This document shows positions 17,409-26,179 of a stretch of 64,000 nucleotides of DNA, in pieces. Made by a program: the position numbers and the translations under genes. Numbering within the stretch: the first letter of the stretch is position 1; every line of letters starts with the position of its first letter. Under the pieces are notes generated by a model that saw only the letters and a list, made by a program, of their open reading frames with translations, had not been told where the DNA came from and made no database searches. Source of the DNA: Alphaproteobacteria bacterium (GTDB taxonomy: Bacteria; Pseudomonadota; Alphaproteobacteria; Reyranellales; Reyranellaceae); NCBI GenBank assembly GCA_017307275.1, contig JAFKFK010000026.1, positions 6,134 through 70,133 on the forward strand. The letters run 5' to 3'.

Positions 17409-17747
17409 ATGCGCAATGCGAAGTGGCTCGCTGCCGCAGGCCTGTTGGTCGTGACGGCGGGATGCGTCGAACAGTCAGGTTCCTATCCGACGACCTACGG
17501 CTACAGCCCGGGCTACGGCTCGTCCGGATACAGATATCCAAACTACAACTACGCCAACAGCTACTACAGCCAACCTACCTACTACCGCAGCCAGCCGACC
17601 TACTATCGGCCAGCGACCTACTACGCGCCGGCGCCGCAGTATCACCGCCATCGGCGCGATCGCGACGGCGACGGCATTCCAGACCGTTATGACCGCGACA
17701 AGAACGGCGACGGTGTTCCCGACAAGTACCAGCGGGGCTGGCGTTAG
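17409..17747 (+). CDS. Small Tyr-rich lipoprotein with C-terminal Dx[DN]xDG repeats, paralogue of 16950-17243
   Basis: SD GGAGGG; lipobox VTAG-C; (S/R)QPTYY-like repeats; tail DRDGDGIPDRYDRDKNGDGVPDKYQRGWR. Confidence 0.75.
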   Translation: MRNAKWLAAAGLLVVTAGCVEQSGSYPTTYGYSPGYGSSGYRYPNYNYANSYYSQPTYYRSQPTYYRPATYYAPAPQYHRHRRDRDGDGIPDRYDRDKNGDGVPDKYQRGWR

Positions 17748-18886
17748 GGCCGGGGCTTCTTCTTCCTGATTTCACCGTCGTGCTGGCCGAGCGTGGGCGC
17801 AGCGCGGCGGACGCTTCCCGGTGTCGCCGAAAGCTTGAGCGGCACGCCCAGCGTCTTCTGTCGACCAGCCTTGGCATGGTCGACCTCGGCCACCATGCCG
17901 CGGGCCAGGATCTGCGGATCGGCAAAGACCTCTTCGTGATGCAGCACCGGGCCGGCGGGAATGCCCTCGGCTTCGAGGATCGTCATCCAGTCGGCCGTAC
18001 TGCGCTTGCGCACCTCTTCCTGCAGAAGGCCAACGATCAGCTCGTTGTTGCGCACGCGGTCGGCATTGGCCTTGAAGCGCGGATCGTCGGCGAGCTCCGG
18101 CTTGCCGATCAGCGCGCAAAGCCTGCGGAAGAAATTCTGCTGCGCGCCGCCGATGGTCAGCCAGCCGTCGCTGGTCTGGAACACCTGATAGGGCGAGGAG
18201 CCACGATGGGCCTGGCCGAGTTTCTCCGGCCGCTTGCCGTTGGCGAAGTAGTTGGCGGCCTCGTAGACGCCCAGCGACACGGTCGACTCGAGCAAGGAAG
18301 TCTCGACCCACTGGCCTTCGCCGGTCTTGTGGCGCGCCTGGAGGGCCGACAGCACGCCGATGGTGAGATAGAGGCCCGCGCCGACGTCGGAGATGGCGAG
18401 CGGGATGCGATACGGCGGACCGTCCTTGGGTCCGGTCACCGACATCAGGCCGGACATGGCCTGGATCATCAGGTCGAAGCCACCGCGGCCGGCATAGGGC
18501 CCTGTCTGGCCGAAGCCCGAGATCGAGCCGAGCACCAGCCGCGGATTGCGCGCGTGCAGCGCCTCCCACCCCAGTCCGAGCCGCTTCATCACGCCGGGCC
18601 GGAAATTCTCCAGCACGACATCGGCACCATCGACCAGTTCCCAGAAGGTGGCGAGATCGTCCTTGTCCTTGAGGTCGAGCTTGAGGCCGCGCTTGTTGCG
18701 GTTCCACAGCATGAAGGGCGCCGATTCGCCTTCGACGAAGGGTGGCGCGCCGCGCATGGCGTCACCCTGCGGGCTTTCGATCTTGATGACGTCGGCCCCG
18801 AGATCGGCGAGCTGCATGCCGCAGAAGGGGCCGGAGAGATGGGTGGTGAGGTCGAGAACGACCAACCCGTCGAGTGCGCCTGCCAT
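17744..18886 (-). CDS. CaiB/BaiF family III CoA-transferase
   Basis: LSGPFCGMQLADLGADVIKIE, NRNKR, ENFRPG and GFGQTGPY. Confidence 0.95.
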   Translation of the reverse strand: MAGALDGLVVLDLTTHLSGPFCGMQLADLGADVIKIESPQGDAMRGAPPFVEGESAPFMLWNRNKRGLKLDLKDKDDLATFWELVDGADVVLENFRPGVMKRLGLGWEALHARNPRLVLGSISGFGQTGPYAGRGGFDLMIQAMSGLMSVTGPKDGPPYRIPLAISDVGAGLYLTIGVLSALQARHKTGEGQWVETSLLESTVSLGVYEAANYFANGKRPEKLGQAHRGSSPYQVFQTSDGWLTIGGAQQNFFRRLCALIGKPELADDPRFKANADRVRNNELIVGLLQEEVRKRSTADWMTILEAEGIPAGPVLHHEEVFADPQILARGMVAEVDHAKAGRQKTLGVPLKLSATPGSVRRAAPTLGQHDGEIRKKKPRP

Positions 18887-18890
18887 GGTT

Positions 18891-19277
18891 CTACTGCAGG
18901 ACCTTGCGAAGATCGGTCATGGTCTGTGTCCACTTGTTGGTGCCAAACTCGTTCGACACGATCTTGCCGTCCTGCACGATCAGGAAGCGCGGCGTGCCGG
19001 TCTTGCGCGAGAGCTGGTCGAGGATCGGCTTGAGATCGCCAGGCCAGTTGCGCTCCTGGTAGGCCTCCTTGAGCTTCGGCGGATCGACCTCGATCCAGGT
19101 CACTTTCCTGAACTCCGGCGAAGCAAGCCAGGTGGCCTTGTGCTGGTTCTTCCAGTTCGAACAGGGCTGGCAATCCCAGCCGCCGACATAGATGACTTTG
19201 ACCTCGGAAGCCGCCCACGCCGTGCCGAGCGCCGTCGATGCAAGCGAGCCGGCAACGAGAAAGGCGCGACGATTCAT
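18891..19277 (-). CDS. Thioredoxin-like protein with a Tat-like signal
   Basis: RRAFL signal; WDCQPC (CxxC) after a beta strand; TPRFL cis-Pro region. Confidence 0.65.
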   Translation of the reverse strand: MNRRAFLVAGSLASTALGTAWAASEVKVIYVGGWDCQPCSNWKNQHKATWLASPEFRKVTWIEVDPPKLKEAYQERNWPGDLKPILDQLSRKTGTPRFLIVQDGKIVSNEFGTNKWTQTMTDLRKVLQ

Positions 19278-19317
19278 GATCACTCCGGCGGCGACAGACA
19301 GGCTAATCTAGGGCTGC

Positions 19318-20202
19318 ATGGCTCAGGCTAACAAACCCTCTCTCGTCACCCTGGGTGACTTCTTCCATTTCGCGGTCCGCCGCTTCCGCCAGGCAAGGCT
19401 CAGCTATGGCCACGGCACGACCAATGCCGTGGACGAGGCAGCCTTCCTGATGCTGGAGGCCCTGCGTCTCCCGATCCACCGCATCGACCCCTGGCTCGAC
19501 CTCAAGCCAACGCCGGCCGAACGGGCGCGGCTCCTTACCTTGATCGATGCCCGCATCGGCCTGCGCATGCCGGCACCCTACCTGCTGGGGGCCGCCTATA
19601 TGCAGGGCGTGCGCTTTCACATCGACCAGCGCGCGCTGATCCCGCGTTCCTTCATCGGCGACATGCTGGCGGGCGGCGTCCTGCCTGTCGCCAAGCCGCG
19701 CCGCATCCTCGATCTCTGCACCGGCTCGGGATGTCTCGCGATCCTGGCTGCGCTCGCCTTCCCGCGCGCCACGGTCGATGCCGTCGACCTTTCGCCCGGC
19801 GCGCTGGCGCTGGCACGGCGCAACGTAGCGGCGCATCGCTTGAGCGATCGCATCTCCGTTCACCGCGGCGACCTCTTCAAGCCGCTCGCGGGACGACGCT
19901 ACGATCTCATCATCAGCAACCCACCCTATGTCGATGCCGGCGGCATGGCGAAGCTGCCGCCCGAGTTTCGGCACGAACCGCGCCTCGCCCTGGCCGCCGG
20001 CAAGGACGGGCTCGACCTGGTGCATCGCATTCTGGCCGAGGCGCCGCAGCACCTGACGAAGAACGGCGGCCTGGTCTGCGAGATCGGCCGCGGCCGCGAA
20101 CCGCTGGAAGCCGCCTATCCCCGCCTGCCCTTCCTCTGGCTCGACACCGAGTTGAGCGAGGGCGAAGTGTTCTGGATCACGCGTTCCGATCTTGCCGGCT
20201 GA
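19318..20202 (+). CDS. prmB: 50S ribosomal protein L3 N5-glutamine methyltransferase
   Basis: YGHGTTNAVDEA, PAPYL, IPRSFIG, LDLCTGSG and SNPPY. Confidence 0.93.
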   Translation: MAQANKPSLVTLGDFFHFAVRRFRQARLSYGHGTTNAVDEAAFLMLEALRLPIHRIDPWLDLKPTPAERARLLTLIDARIGLRMPAPYLLGAAYMQGVRFHIDQRALIPRSFIGDMLAGGVLPVAKPRRILDLCTGSGCLAILAALAFPRATVDAVDLSPGALALARRNVAAHRLSDRISVHRGDLFKPLAGRRYDLIISNPPYVDAGGMAKLPPEFRHEPRLALAAGKDGLDLVHRILAEAPQHLTKNGGLVCEIGRGREPLEAAYPRLPFLWLDTELSEGEVFWITRSDLAG

Positions 20203-20215
20203 CCTTATCGTCTGA

Positions 20216-21289
20216 CTAGGCCGTATCGCCGAGGCAGATGCCCAGCGCCCGAGCGGTGCGGATCAGCGTGCCGTCGGGATCGACGGTGCGCGACCTGCCG
20301 ACCACCTTTTCGAGCGGCACGTCGATCACCTGACGATTCCACCACGCAACCATGCGGTCCGCCTTGCCTTCTGCCAGCAGGTCGACGGCACGCACGCCCA
20401 GCGCCGAGGCCAGCAGGCGATCCTCCGCCGTCGGCATGGCGCCGCGCTGGACATGCCCCAGCACCGTCGCCCGCGCCTCCGCCCCTGTGGCCTTGACCAG
20501 CCGCTTGGCCAGCCAGTCGCCCACTCCATGGTCGGGGGCATCGGCGGCAGGATCGGCCGCTTCGTCCGATTGGCCCGCGGCCTCCGCAACAACGACCAGC
20601 GCCGACGTCCGCCCCGCCGCGCGCAGGCGGGCGATGCGGCTCACCACCCGCTCGAGATGCCAGCGCACTTCCGGGATCAGAACGACGTCCGCGCCGCCCG
20701 CAATCGCCGCCGCAATGGCGATATGGCCAGCGTCGCGCCCCATCACCTCCAGAACCATCGTGCGCTCGTGGCTGGTGCCGGTGGGCTGCAGGCGATCCAG
20801 CGCCTCCGTGGCAATGGCAACTGCGGTCGAGTAGCCGACAGCGCGCTCGGTGTGGCCGACATCGTTGTCGATAGTCTTGGGAACCCCGACGAAAGGAATG
20901 CCCGACGGCGCCAGGAGACGGCGCAGGATCGCCAGGCTGCCGTCGCCACCGACGCCGATCAGACCTTCGAGGCCGAGCAGCTTCAGCCCCTCGACCATCT
21001 CGCCCGAGCGATCCTTCTTGCTGCCGTCCGGCATCGGGAAGGCGAAGGGATCGCCGCGATTGGTGCTGCCCAGAAAGGTACCCCCCTGACGGGCGAGCGC
21101 CGCATCGAGCCGCTCCGGATCGAGCGTCACGGCCTCGACAGGGCGTTCGAGCAGGCCGAGCGTCCCATAGCGCAAACCGACCGTCGTCCAGCCATAGCCG
21201 TGGTGAGCACGCAAGGCGACGGCCCGGATCGTGGCGTTGAGGCCGGCGCAATCGCCGCCGCTCGTGAGAATGCCGATACGTCTGGTCAT
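20216..21289 (-). CDS. pfkA: 6-phosphofructokinase (PfkA family)
   Basis: TSGGDCAGLN, GGTFLGS, GGDGS, PKTIDND, EVMGR and LGHVQRG. Confidence 0.92.
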   Translation of the reverse strand: MTRRIGILTSGGDCAGLNATIRAVALRAHHGYGWTTVGLRYGTLGLLERPVEAVTLDPERLDAALARQGGTFLGSTNRGDPFAFPMPDGSKKDRSGEMVEGLKLLGLEGLIGVGGDGSLAILRRLLAPSGIPFVGVPKTIDNDVGHTERAVGYSTAVAIATEALDRLQPTGTSHERTMVLEVMGRDAGHIAIAAAIAGGADVVLIPEVRWHLERVVSRIARLRAAGRTSALVVVAEAAGQSDEAADPAADAPDHGVGDWLAKRLVKATGAEARATVLGHVQRGAMPTAEDRLLASALGVRAVDLLAEGKADRMVAWWNRQVIDVPLEKVVGRSRTVDPDGTLIRTARALGICLGDTA

Positions 21290-21377
21290 CAGGATACTCC
21301 TGCGCGCTACGAGCTATGGAACGGCGGAAAGCTTGAACGGTTCAATCAATCTTGAACTCCACCGTCGCGGTATCAAG

Positions 21378-21899
21378 ATGGCGATCATGAAGGAGCACTA
21401 TCGGACTTTCGCAGGCTACAACGCCTGGGCCAACCGCCGCCTGTACGCCGCCGCGGCGCAACTGTCCGATGCCGACTATCGTGCCGATCGGGGTGCCTTC
21501 TTCAAGTCCATGCAGGGCACGCTCAACCACCTGCTGACCACCGATCGCATCTGGATGAAACGCTTCACCGGCGAAGGCGATGCACCCGACCGGCTGGACA
21601 CCATCCTGCATGAGAATTTCGACTCGCTGCGTGCCGCGCGCGAGGCCGAGGATCGCCGTATCGTCGACTGGATCCAGAGCCTCGACGACGCGCGTCTCGC
21701 AGGCGTTATCCGCTACCGCCGCGTCTCCACGCCCGAGGAGTTCGTGCAGGAGCTGATGCCGGCGCTCAATCACTGGTTCAACCACCAGACCCATCATCGT
21801 GGTCAGGCCCACGTGATCCTTACTAGCCTCGGCAAAGCCGCCCCGGAGCTGGACATGCTCTTCTATCAACGCCAGGTAGCCGCCGGCACGGCTACTTGA
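21378..21899 (+). CDS. DinB/YfiT family protein
   Basis: YNAWANRRLY, TLNHLL..DRIW and HWFNHQTHHRGQ. Confidence 0.92.
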   Translation: MAIMKEHYRTFAGYNAWANRRLYAAAAQLSDADYRADRGAFFKSMQGTLNHLLTTDRIWMKRFTGEGDAPDRLDTILHENFDSLRAAREAEDRRIVDWIQSLDDARLAGVIRYRRVSTPEEFVQELMPALNHWFNHQTHHRGQAHVILTSLGKAAPELDMLFYQRQVAAGTAT

Positions 21900-23481
21900 G
21901 TTCGCAAACCGAGCGGCCGCTACCGGATCCCGGCCAACGCGAATCGCAGACCGCCAGCACTTCGCCCCGGGTACCGTAGAGCGCACTGGTCCAGGTGCCG
22001 TCGTCCACTGGGTTCATCACCATGGTTGCAAAGTCGCGCAACCCCACGACAAAGGCATCGCTGCGGTCGAGGTCGGGCACGCGGACCGGTCGCTTGGGAT
22101 GTTCGGGCGAAGGCACTGGCTGGACGTGCGACAGTTCCATGCCGCCCGTGCCGACGGCGAGATGCGGCGGCTGGCGACTGTCGAAGCCGATCGCCTGGAA
22201 GCGGTGCATGTGGCCCGCGATGACCACTTTGACATGCGGCGGCACACCATGCGGGAAGACGCGGTGCACGGCTTCGCGTTGGGTTTCGTTGACGAAGCCA
22301 TAGGGCGTCGGGCTGATCGGGCCACCCTTGTCGCGCTTCACGACACCCCAGATCGGCCGATGCGTGACCAGCCACGTCGGCGTGCGATCCTCGGCCAGCA
22401 GGCGCGCGACCTCGCGATACTGCCCAAGATAGAGGTCGAGATTGAAGAGGACGGCATCGGCGGCATTCGCGGAATCGACTGCGATGAAGTTGAGCTTCCC
22501 GAGCTTGAGGCGAAACGGCGGGTTGGTGATCGTCGGGAAGACCTGACCGGCGAAAGGAAGCGCCGGCGGCTTGGGCCAGGCGCCGAGTTGCCAACCGGGC
22601 GGCGTTTGCGGCGGGCACTCCTGTTGCTTCGCGCCCGGTCCCAGCAACGTCGAGTTGGCATCGAGGAGAAAGAACCAGCCGGGACCGGCGCGGCTGCATA
22701 GTTCGTGATTGCCGCGGCTCAGCAGCCACGGCGCGACGGGCAGCAAGCGGGCCGCAGGCAGGAAGAAGTCATCGCGCCAGTACGCCCATTTGTCGGGGAT
22801 CGGACTGCCTTCCATGTTCTGGCTCCAGTATGCGGCGCCAATCGGCAGGTCCGGCTCATCCTCGTCGTCGAGGTCGCCAGTGTCGTAGAAGGTCACGGTC
22901 ATATCGCGGCCGTAGCCCGAGACACGGGCCGGCACGACCATGCTCCCGGGGGTTCCGCGATAGTTGTAATCGCCGACATGGATGATCAGGTCGGGCCGGT
23001 TCCCGACCTCTTCGTCCGACAACGTGCCGAATGGCCAGACATTCGCGAAGCCGTCGCCCGTGCAGGGTTGCGGTTTGCGCTTGGTGTCGCCGCGGCACCC
23101 GCTGTCGCCCACGAGCACGACCCGACGCGGCGTGCCGAGTGAAACGGTCGGCAGATCGATGCGCCGATCCCCAAGGAACACACTCGCCGCCTCGCCGATG
23201 GGGTAGCGCGCCTCGCAAACCAGCACATCGTCGAACTGACCGCCTGCGGGACGTTGGCGCGGCATCATGGTGATGGAGGTGCCGCCGTGGGAAGAGCGCA
23301 AGGCCGGGCACGCCGTCGCCCGCTCGGCGACGCTGCGGACCATCGGAACAGGCTTGCCGTCCGTGCCTTCCCCGAACAGCACGAAGGCGAAGAATGGAGG
23401 CGCAGTCCGCTGCGCCTGAACGGCGCCATTCCCGACGAGCAAAGAGAGAACGCACGCAAGGACGAAGCAGACAAAGCGCAT
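21892..23481 (-). CDS. Secreted calcineurin-like metallophosphoesterase
   Basis: Signal peptide; motifs GDSG, HVGDYNY, GNHE, THRP and GHMH. Confidence 0.85.
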   Translation of the reverse strand: MRFVCFVLACVLSLLVGNGAVQAQRTAPPFFAFVLFGEGTDGKPVPMVRSVAERATACPALRSSHGGTSITMMPRQRPAGGQFDDVLVCEARYPIGEAASVFLGDRRIDLPTVSLGTPRRVVLVGDSGCRGDTKRKPQPCTGDGFANVWPFGTLSDEEVGNRPDLIIHVGDYNYRGTPGSMVVPARVSGYGRDMTVTFYDTGDLDDEDEPDLPIGAAYWSQNMEGSPIPDKWAYWRDDFFLPAARLLPVAPWLLSRGNHELCSRAGPGWFFLLDANSTLLGPGAKQQECPPQTPPGWQLGAWPKPPALPFAGQVFPTITNPPFRLKLGKLNFIAVDSANAADAVLFNLDLYLGQYREVARLLAEDRTPTWLVTHRPIWGVVKRDKGGPISPTPYGFVNETQREAVHRVFPHGVPPHVKVVIAGHMHRFQAIGFDSRQPPHLAVGTGGMELSHVQPVPSPEHPKRPVRVPDLDRSDAFVVGLRDFATMVMNPVDDGTWTSALYGTRGEVLAVCDSRWPGSGSGRSVCELK

Positions 23482-23557
23482 AGCGAAAGACTCCGAGACA
23501 TTGCCGCGATGGCAAAGCTCACGCAGGATGTCAGAAAAGAACGATGAGGAAAGCGCG

Positions 23558-24463
23558 ATGAGTCAGGCGTCAGAAGACAAGCGAGACGATGCGCGGAAAA
23601 ACGAGACCGTTTCCTACATGGAACGCACGCGACACTACTATCGCGCGCTGGGATACGAGCAGGACTATGTCTGGGCGCGCCTCGACGATGTGCCATTCGC
23701 CCGGCTCGACAAGCCTCTCGCCGCCGTTCGCCTAGGACTCGTCACAACGGCAAGCCCGCCCGGTCTCAGCAATCGCGACACGCGCGGCGTGCGTCGCGTC
23801 TGGTCGGGCGACATCGACCCACCGCCTGCCACGCTGTTCACCAGCAACCTCGCCTGGGACAAGGAATCGACGCACACGGAGGATCGCGAAAGCTATCTGC
23901 CGATCGAGACCGCATCGGCGCTGGCACGCGAAGGCCGCTTTGCAACCCTCGCATCACGCTTCCACGGCGTGCCGACCGAATACAGCCAGCGCAAGACCTT
24001 GTCCGAGGATGCCCCCGAGGTCCTGGCACGGCTGCGGGCGGACGGCGCTGACGCCGCGCTTCTCTGCGCGCTTTGACCCGTCTGCCACCAAACCGTGAGT
24101 TTGGTCGCCCGACACCTCGAAGCCAACGGACTGCCGACCGTGATCGTGGGCTCGGCCCGCGATATCGTTGAATACTGTGGCGTGCCACGTTTCCTCTTCA
24201 CCGACTTCCCGCTCGGCAATCCATGCGGCCTTCCCTGGGACCGCACCATGCAACGCGCGATCGTCGATCAGGCGCTCGGCCTCCTGGAAACCTCGGACCG
24301 TCCGCGCACGACGGTGCAGGCGCCCTTCACCTGGAAGGCAGACGATCCCGGTTGGCGCAGCCGCTATGGCCGTGTCGATCCAGCGGAGCGCGAACGTCTC
24401 CTGGCCGCCGGCCGCGAACGCCGCGAACACCAGGCCGCGGCCAGCACTTTGAAGAAAGGCTGA
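23558..24463 (+). CDS. PrdB/GrdB-like reductase selenoprotein B family protein, predicted Sec at codon 173 (TGA 24074-24076)
   Basis: ORFs 23501-24076 and 24095-24463 are in the same frame. Read-through gives ALLCAL-U-PVCHQTVSLVARHLEANGLPTV...PRFLFTDFPLGNP, a UxxC motif typical of PrdB/GrdB-like proteins. SD GAGGA precedes ATG 23558. Confidence 0.8.
24077..24110 (+). promoter_or_regulatory. Candidate bacterial SECIS element
   Basis: Perfect 7-bp stem ACCAAAC/GTTTGGT (24087-24093, 24099-24105). The loop CGTGA starts 17 nt after the UGA and has G at its second position. Confidence 0.7.
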
Positions 24464-24469
24464 CGGCGA

Positions 24470-24685
24470 TCAGGAATTCCAGAGCTGCGGTGAGCCGCGC
24501 ACGACGACGCGGCGGCCCATCGCGGTGATCGCGGGTCCATTGTCTGTCACGATGGCGAGTTCGGATGCGACGAGAGTCCGGACCGCATTGTTATCAAGCA
24601 GGCGATGATCGCGGTTCCAGCCGCCGATTGCTTTCAAGGTTTCCCATTCACTGGGACTGAGTCGGAGATCGTTTTCCGTATCCAT
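24470..24685 (-). CDS. Small hypothetical protein (71 aa)
   Basis: SD GGAGG upstream; fills an otherwise empty gap; ends in RGSPQLWNS. Confidence 0.6.
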   Translation of the reverse strand: MDTENDLRLSPSEWETLKAIGGWNRDHRLLDNNAVRTLVASELAIVTDNGPAITAMGRRVVVRGSPQLWNS

Positions 24686-24821
24686 GCTGCCTCCGATGCA
24701 CTGGGGGCAGATCGTTTACTCGCCAAACGTGACAGATCGGCGACCGGCCTGGATTTGTCACAGCCACAAATCGGAAACACGCACGGCCCGAGGCTGTCCC
24801 AGGACAACAGCGGCAACGCTG

Positions 24822-25259
24822 TCAGAACATGCCGTTGCTGTTGGCCGATTTCTCCGGGATCGGCTGGATCACGTCCCAGTGCTCGACGAGCTTGCCGTTC
24901 TCGAGCCGGAAGATATCGACGATGGCCACGCCGCGATCACCCGGCTCGCGATGACTCTCGACATGCAAGATCACAAAGTCACCGTCGGCGAAGGCCCGCT
25001 TGATCTCGCTGCGGGCGTTTGGTGTCTTCTCCTTGCGCATGGCGATGAAGGCTTTGAATCCTTCGATGCCATCCGGTGCCGTCGGATTGTGCTGGATGTA
25101 TTTCGGCCCGAAATGCTTGGCCGCCGCCTCGAAGTCTTTTTGATTGAGGCCCTTCTCGTAGAAATCGAGAACGACCTTCTTGTTGGTCTCGGGATCGGCC
25201 GCCTGCGCTGCAGTGATGGAGGCAAGCGACAACATGACGGCAAGTGCGAGATGCTTCAT
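24822..25259 (-). CDS. Exported SnoaL/NTF2-like protein
   Basis: Signal peptide; YIQHNPTAPDG, GDFVILH and DIFRLENGKLVEHWDV. Confidence 0.9.
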   Translation of the reverse strand: MKHLALAVMLSLASITAAQAADPETNKKVVLDFYEKGLNQKDFEAAAKHFGPKYIQHNPTAPDGIEGFKAFIAMRKEKTPNARSEIKRAFADGDFVILHVESHREPGDRGVAIVDIFRLENGKLVEHWDVIQPIPEKSANSNGMF

Positions 25260-25304
25260 GGGATCCTCTCCCCCTCTTCTTTCGAGCCCCGGCGATCCAG
25301 CGAA

Positions 25305-25862
25305 CTACAGGCTGCGCGAGAACTCCTCGGCTGTCGGCAGTCGCCCGTCGGGTGTCAATTGATTGACGAACTCCGGCAGATGCTGACTGAGGCCGGCGAG
25401 CAGATCGTCACGCGACAATCCCGATTGCGCGCTGAGTACACCGAGCCGGTCGGGCCCGATCGCCTTCGCGAGATCCTCCACACCGATCGCCTCATTGGCG
25501 CCGGTGCCGACCCAGGACTTCGCCACACCACCCTGGCCCGCCTGCTCGAACTGCCTCATCAGGTCGCCCAGGCCGCCGCTCAGCGCACCGCCGGCCGAGC
25601 CGCCGGCCAGAAGGCCGCCGAGCCCGCCTTTCAGCAAGCCACCGAGATCGCCGCCCAGCAATTCCCCCAACAAGCCGCCGCCAGCCGAGGTGCCGCCTCC
25701 GGTTGGCTGTTGCGGCTGCTGACCGCCCAGCATCCGGCTGGCAAGCAACCCGAGCAGGGCGATCATGATGGGTGAGAGAGTGCTTCCGCTTCCACCGCGA
25801 CCTACGGGCGCTTCGCTGCCGGGTCCGGTTTGAATGCCGTTCAGAATGTCTAGCAAGCTCAT
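25305..25862 (-). CDS. YidB (DUF937) family protein
   Basis: GGLGDLMRQFEQAG, SWVGTGANE and LPEFVNQLTPDG.LP; start re-picked at MSLLDIL with GGAG SD. Confidence 0.88.
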   Translation of the reverse strand: MSLLDILNGIQTGPGSEAPVGRGGSGSTLSPIMIALLGLLASRMLGGQQPQQPTGGGTSAGGGLLGELLGGDLGGLLKGGLGGLLAGGSAGGALSGGLGDLMRQFEQAGQGGVAKSWVGTGANEAIGVEDLAKAIGPDRLGVLSAQSGLSRDDLLAGLSQHLPEFVNQLTPDGRLPTAEEFSRSL

Positions 25863-26008
25863 GCTGCTCCTCCAGTCTGTTGGCGTCGGTACGATCCCAC
25901 CGCCGGGTGAGGAGGGCAAGACATGGACAGGCAGCGTCGGGGCATGCCCGGCGGCCAGAGCCTGCACGGCGCGAGAAAAGACTGATCTGGTGAGTGCTTG
26001 CCGGGGAA

Positions 26009-26084
<76 letters not shown>

Positions 26085-26119
26085 TCCGAAAACCGGAGGC
26101 ATTGCCCCGAAGCGGCGCG

Positions 26120-26148
26120 GCTATACCAAGGCCTTTTCCCCTTGTCGA
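26120..26148 (-). promoter_or_regulatory. Sigma70 promoter of the tRNA gene
   Basis: TCGACA-N17-TATAGC. Confidence 0.65.
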
Positions 26149-26179
26149 GTCGTCCCGAAGACCAATCGGGGAAACCTGC

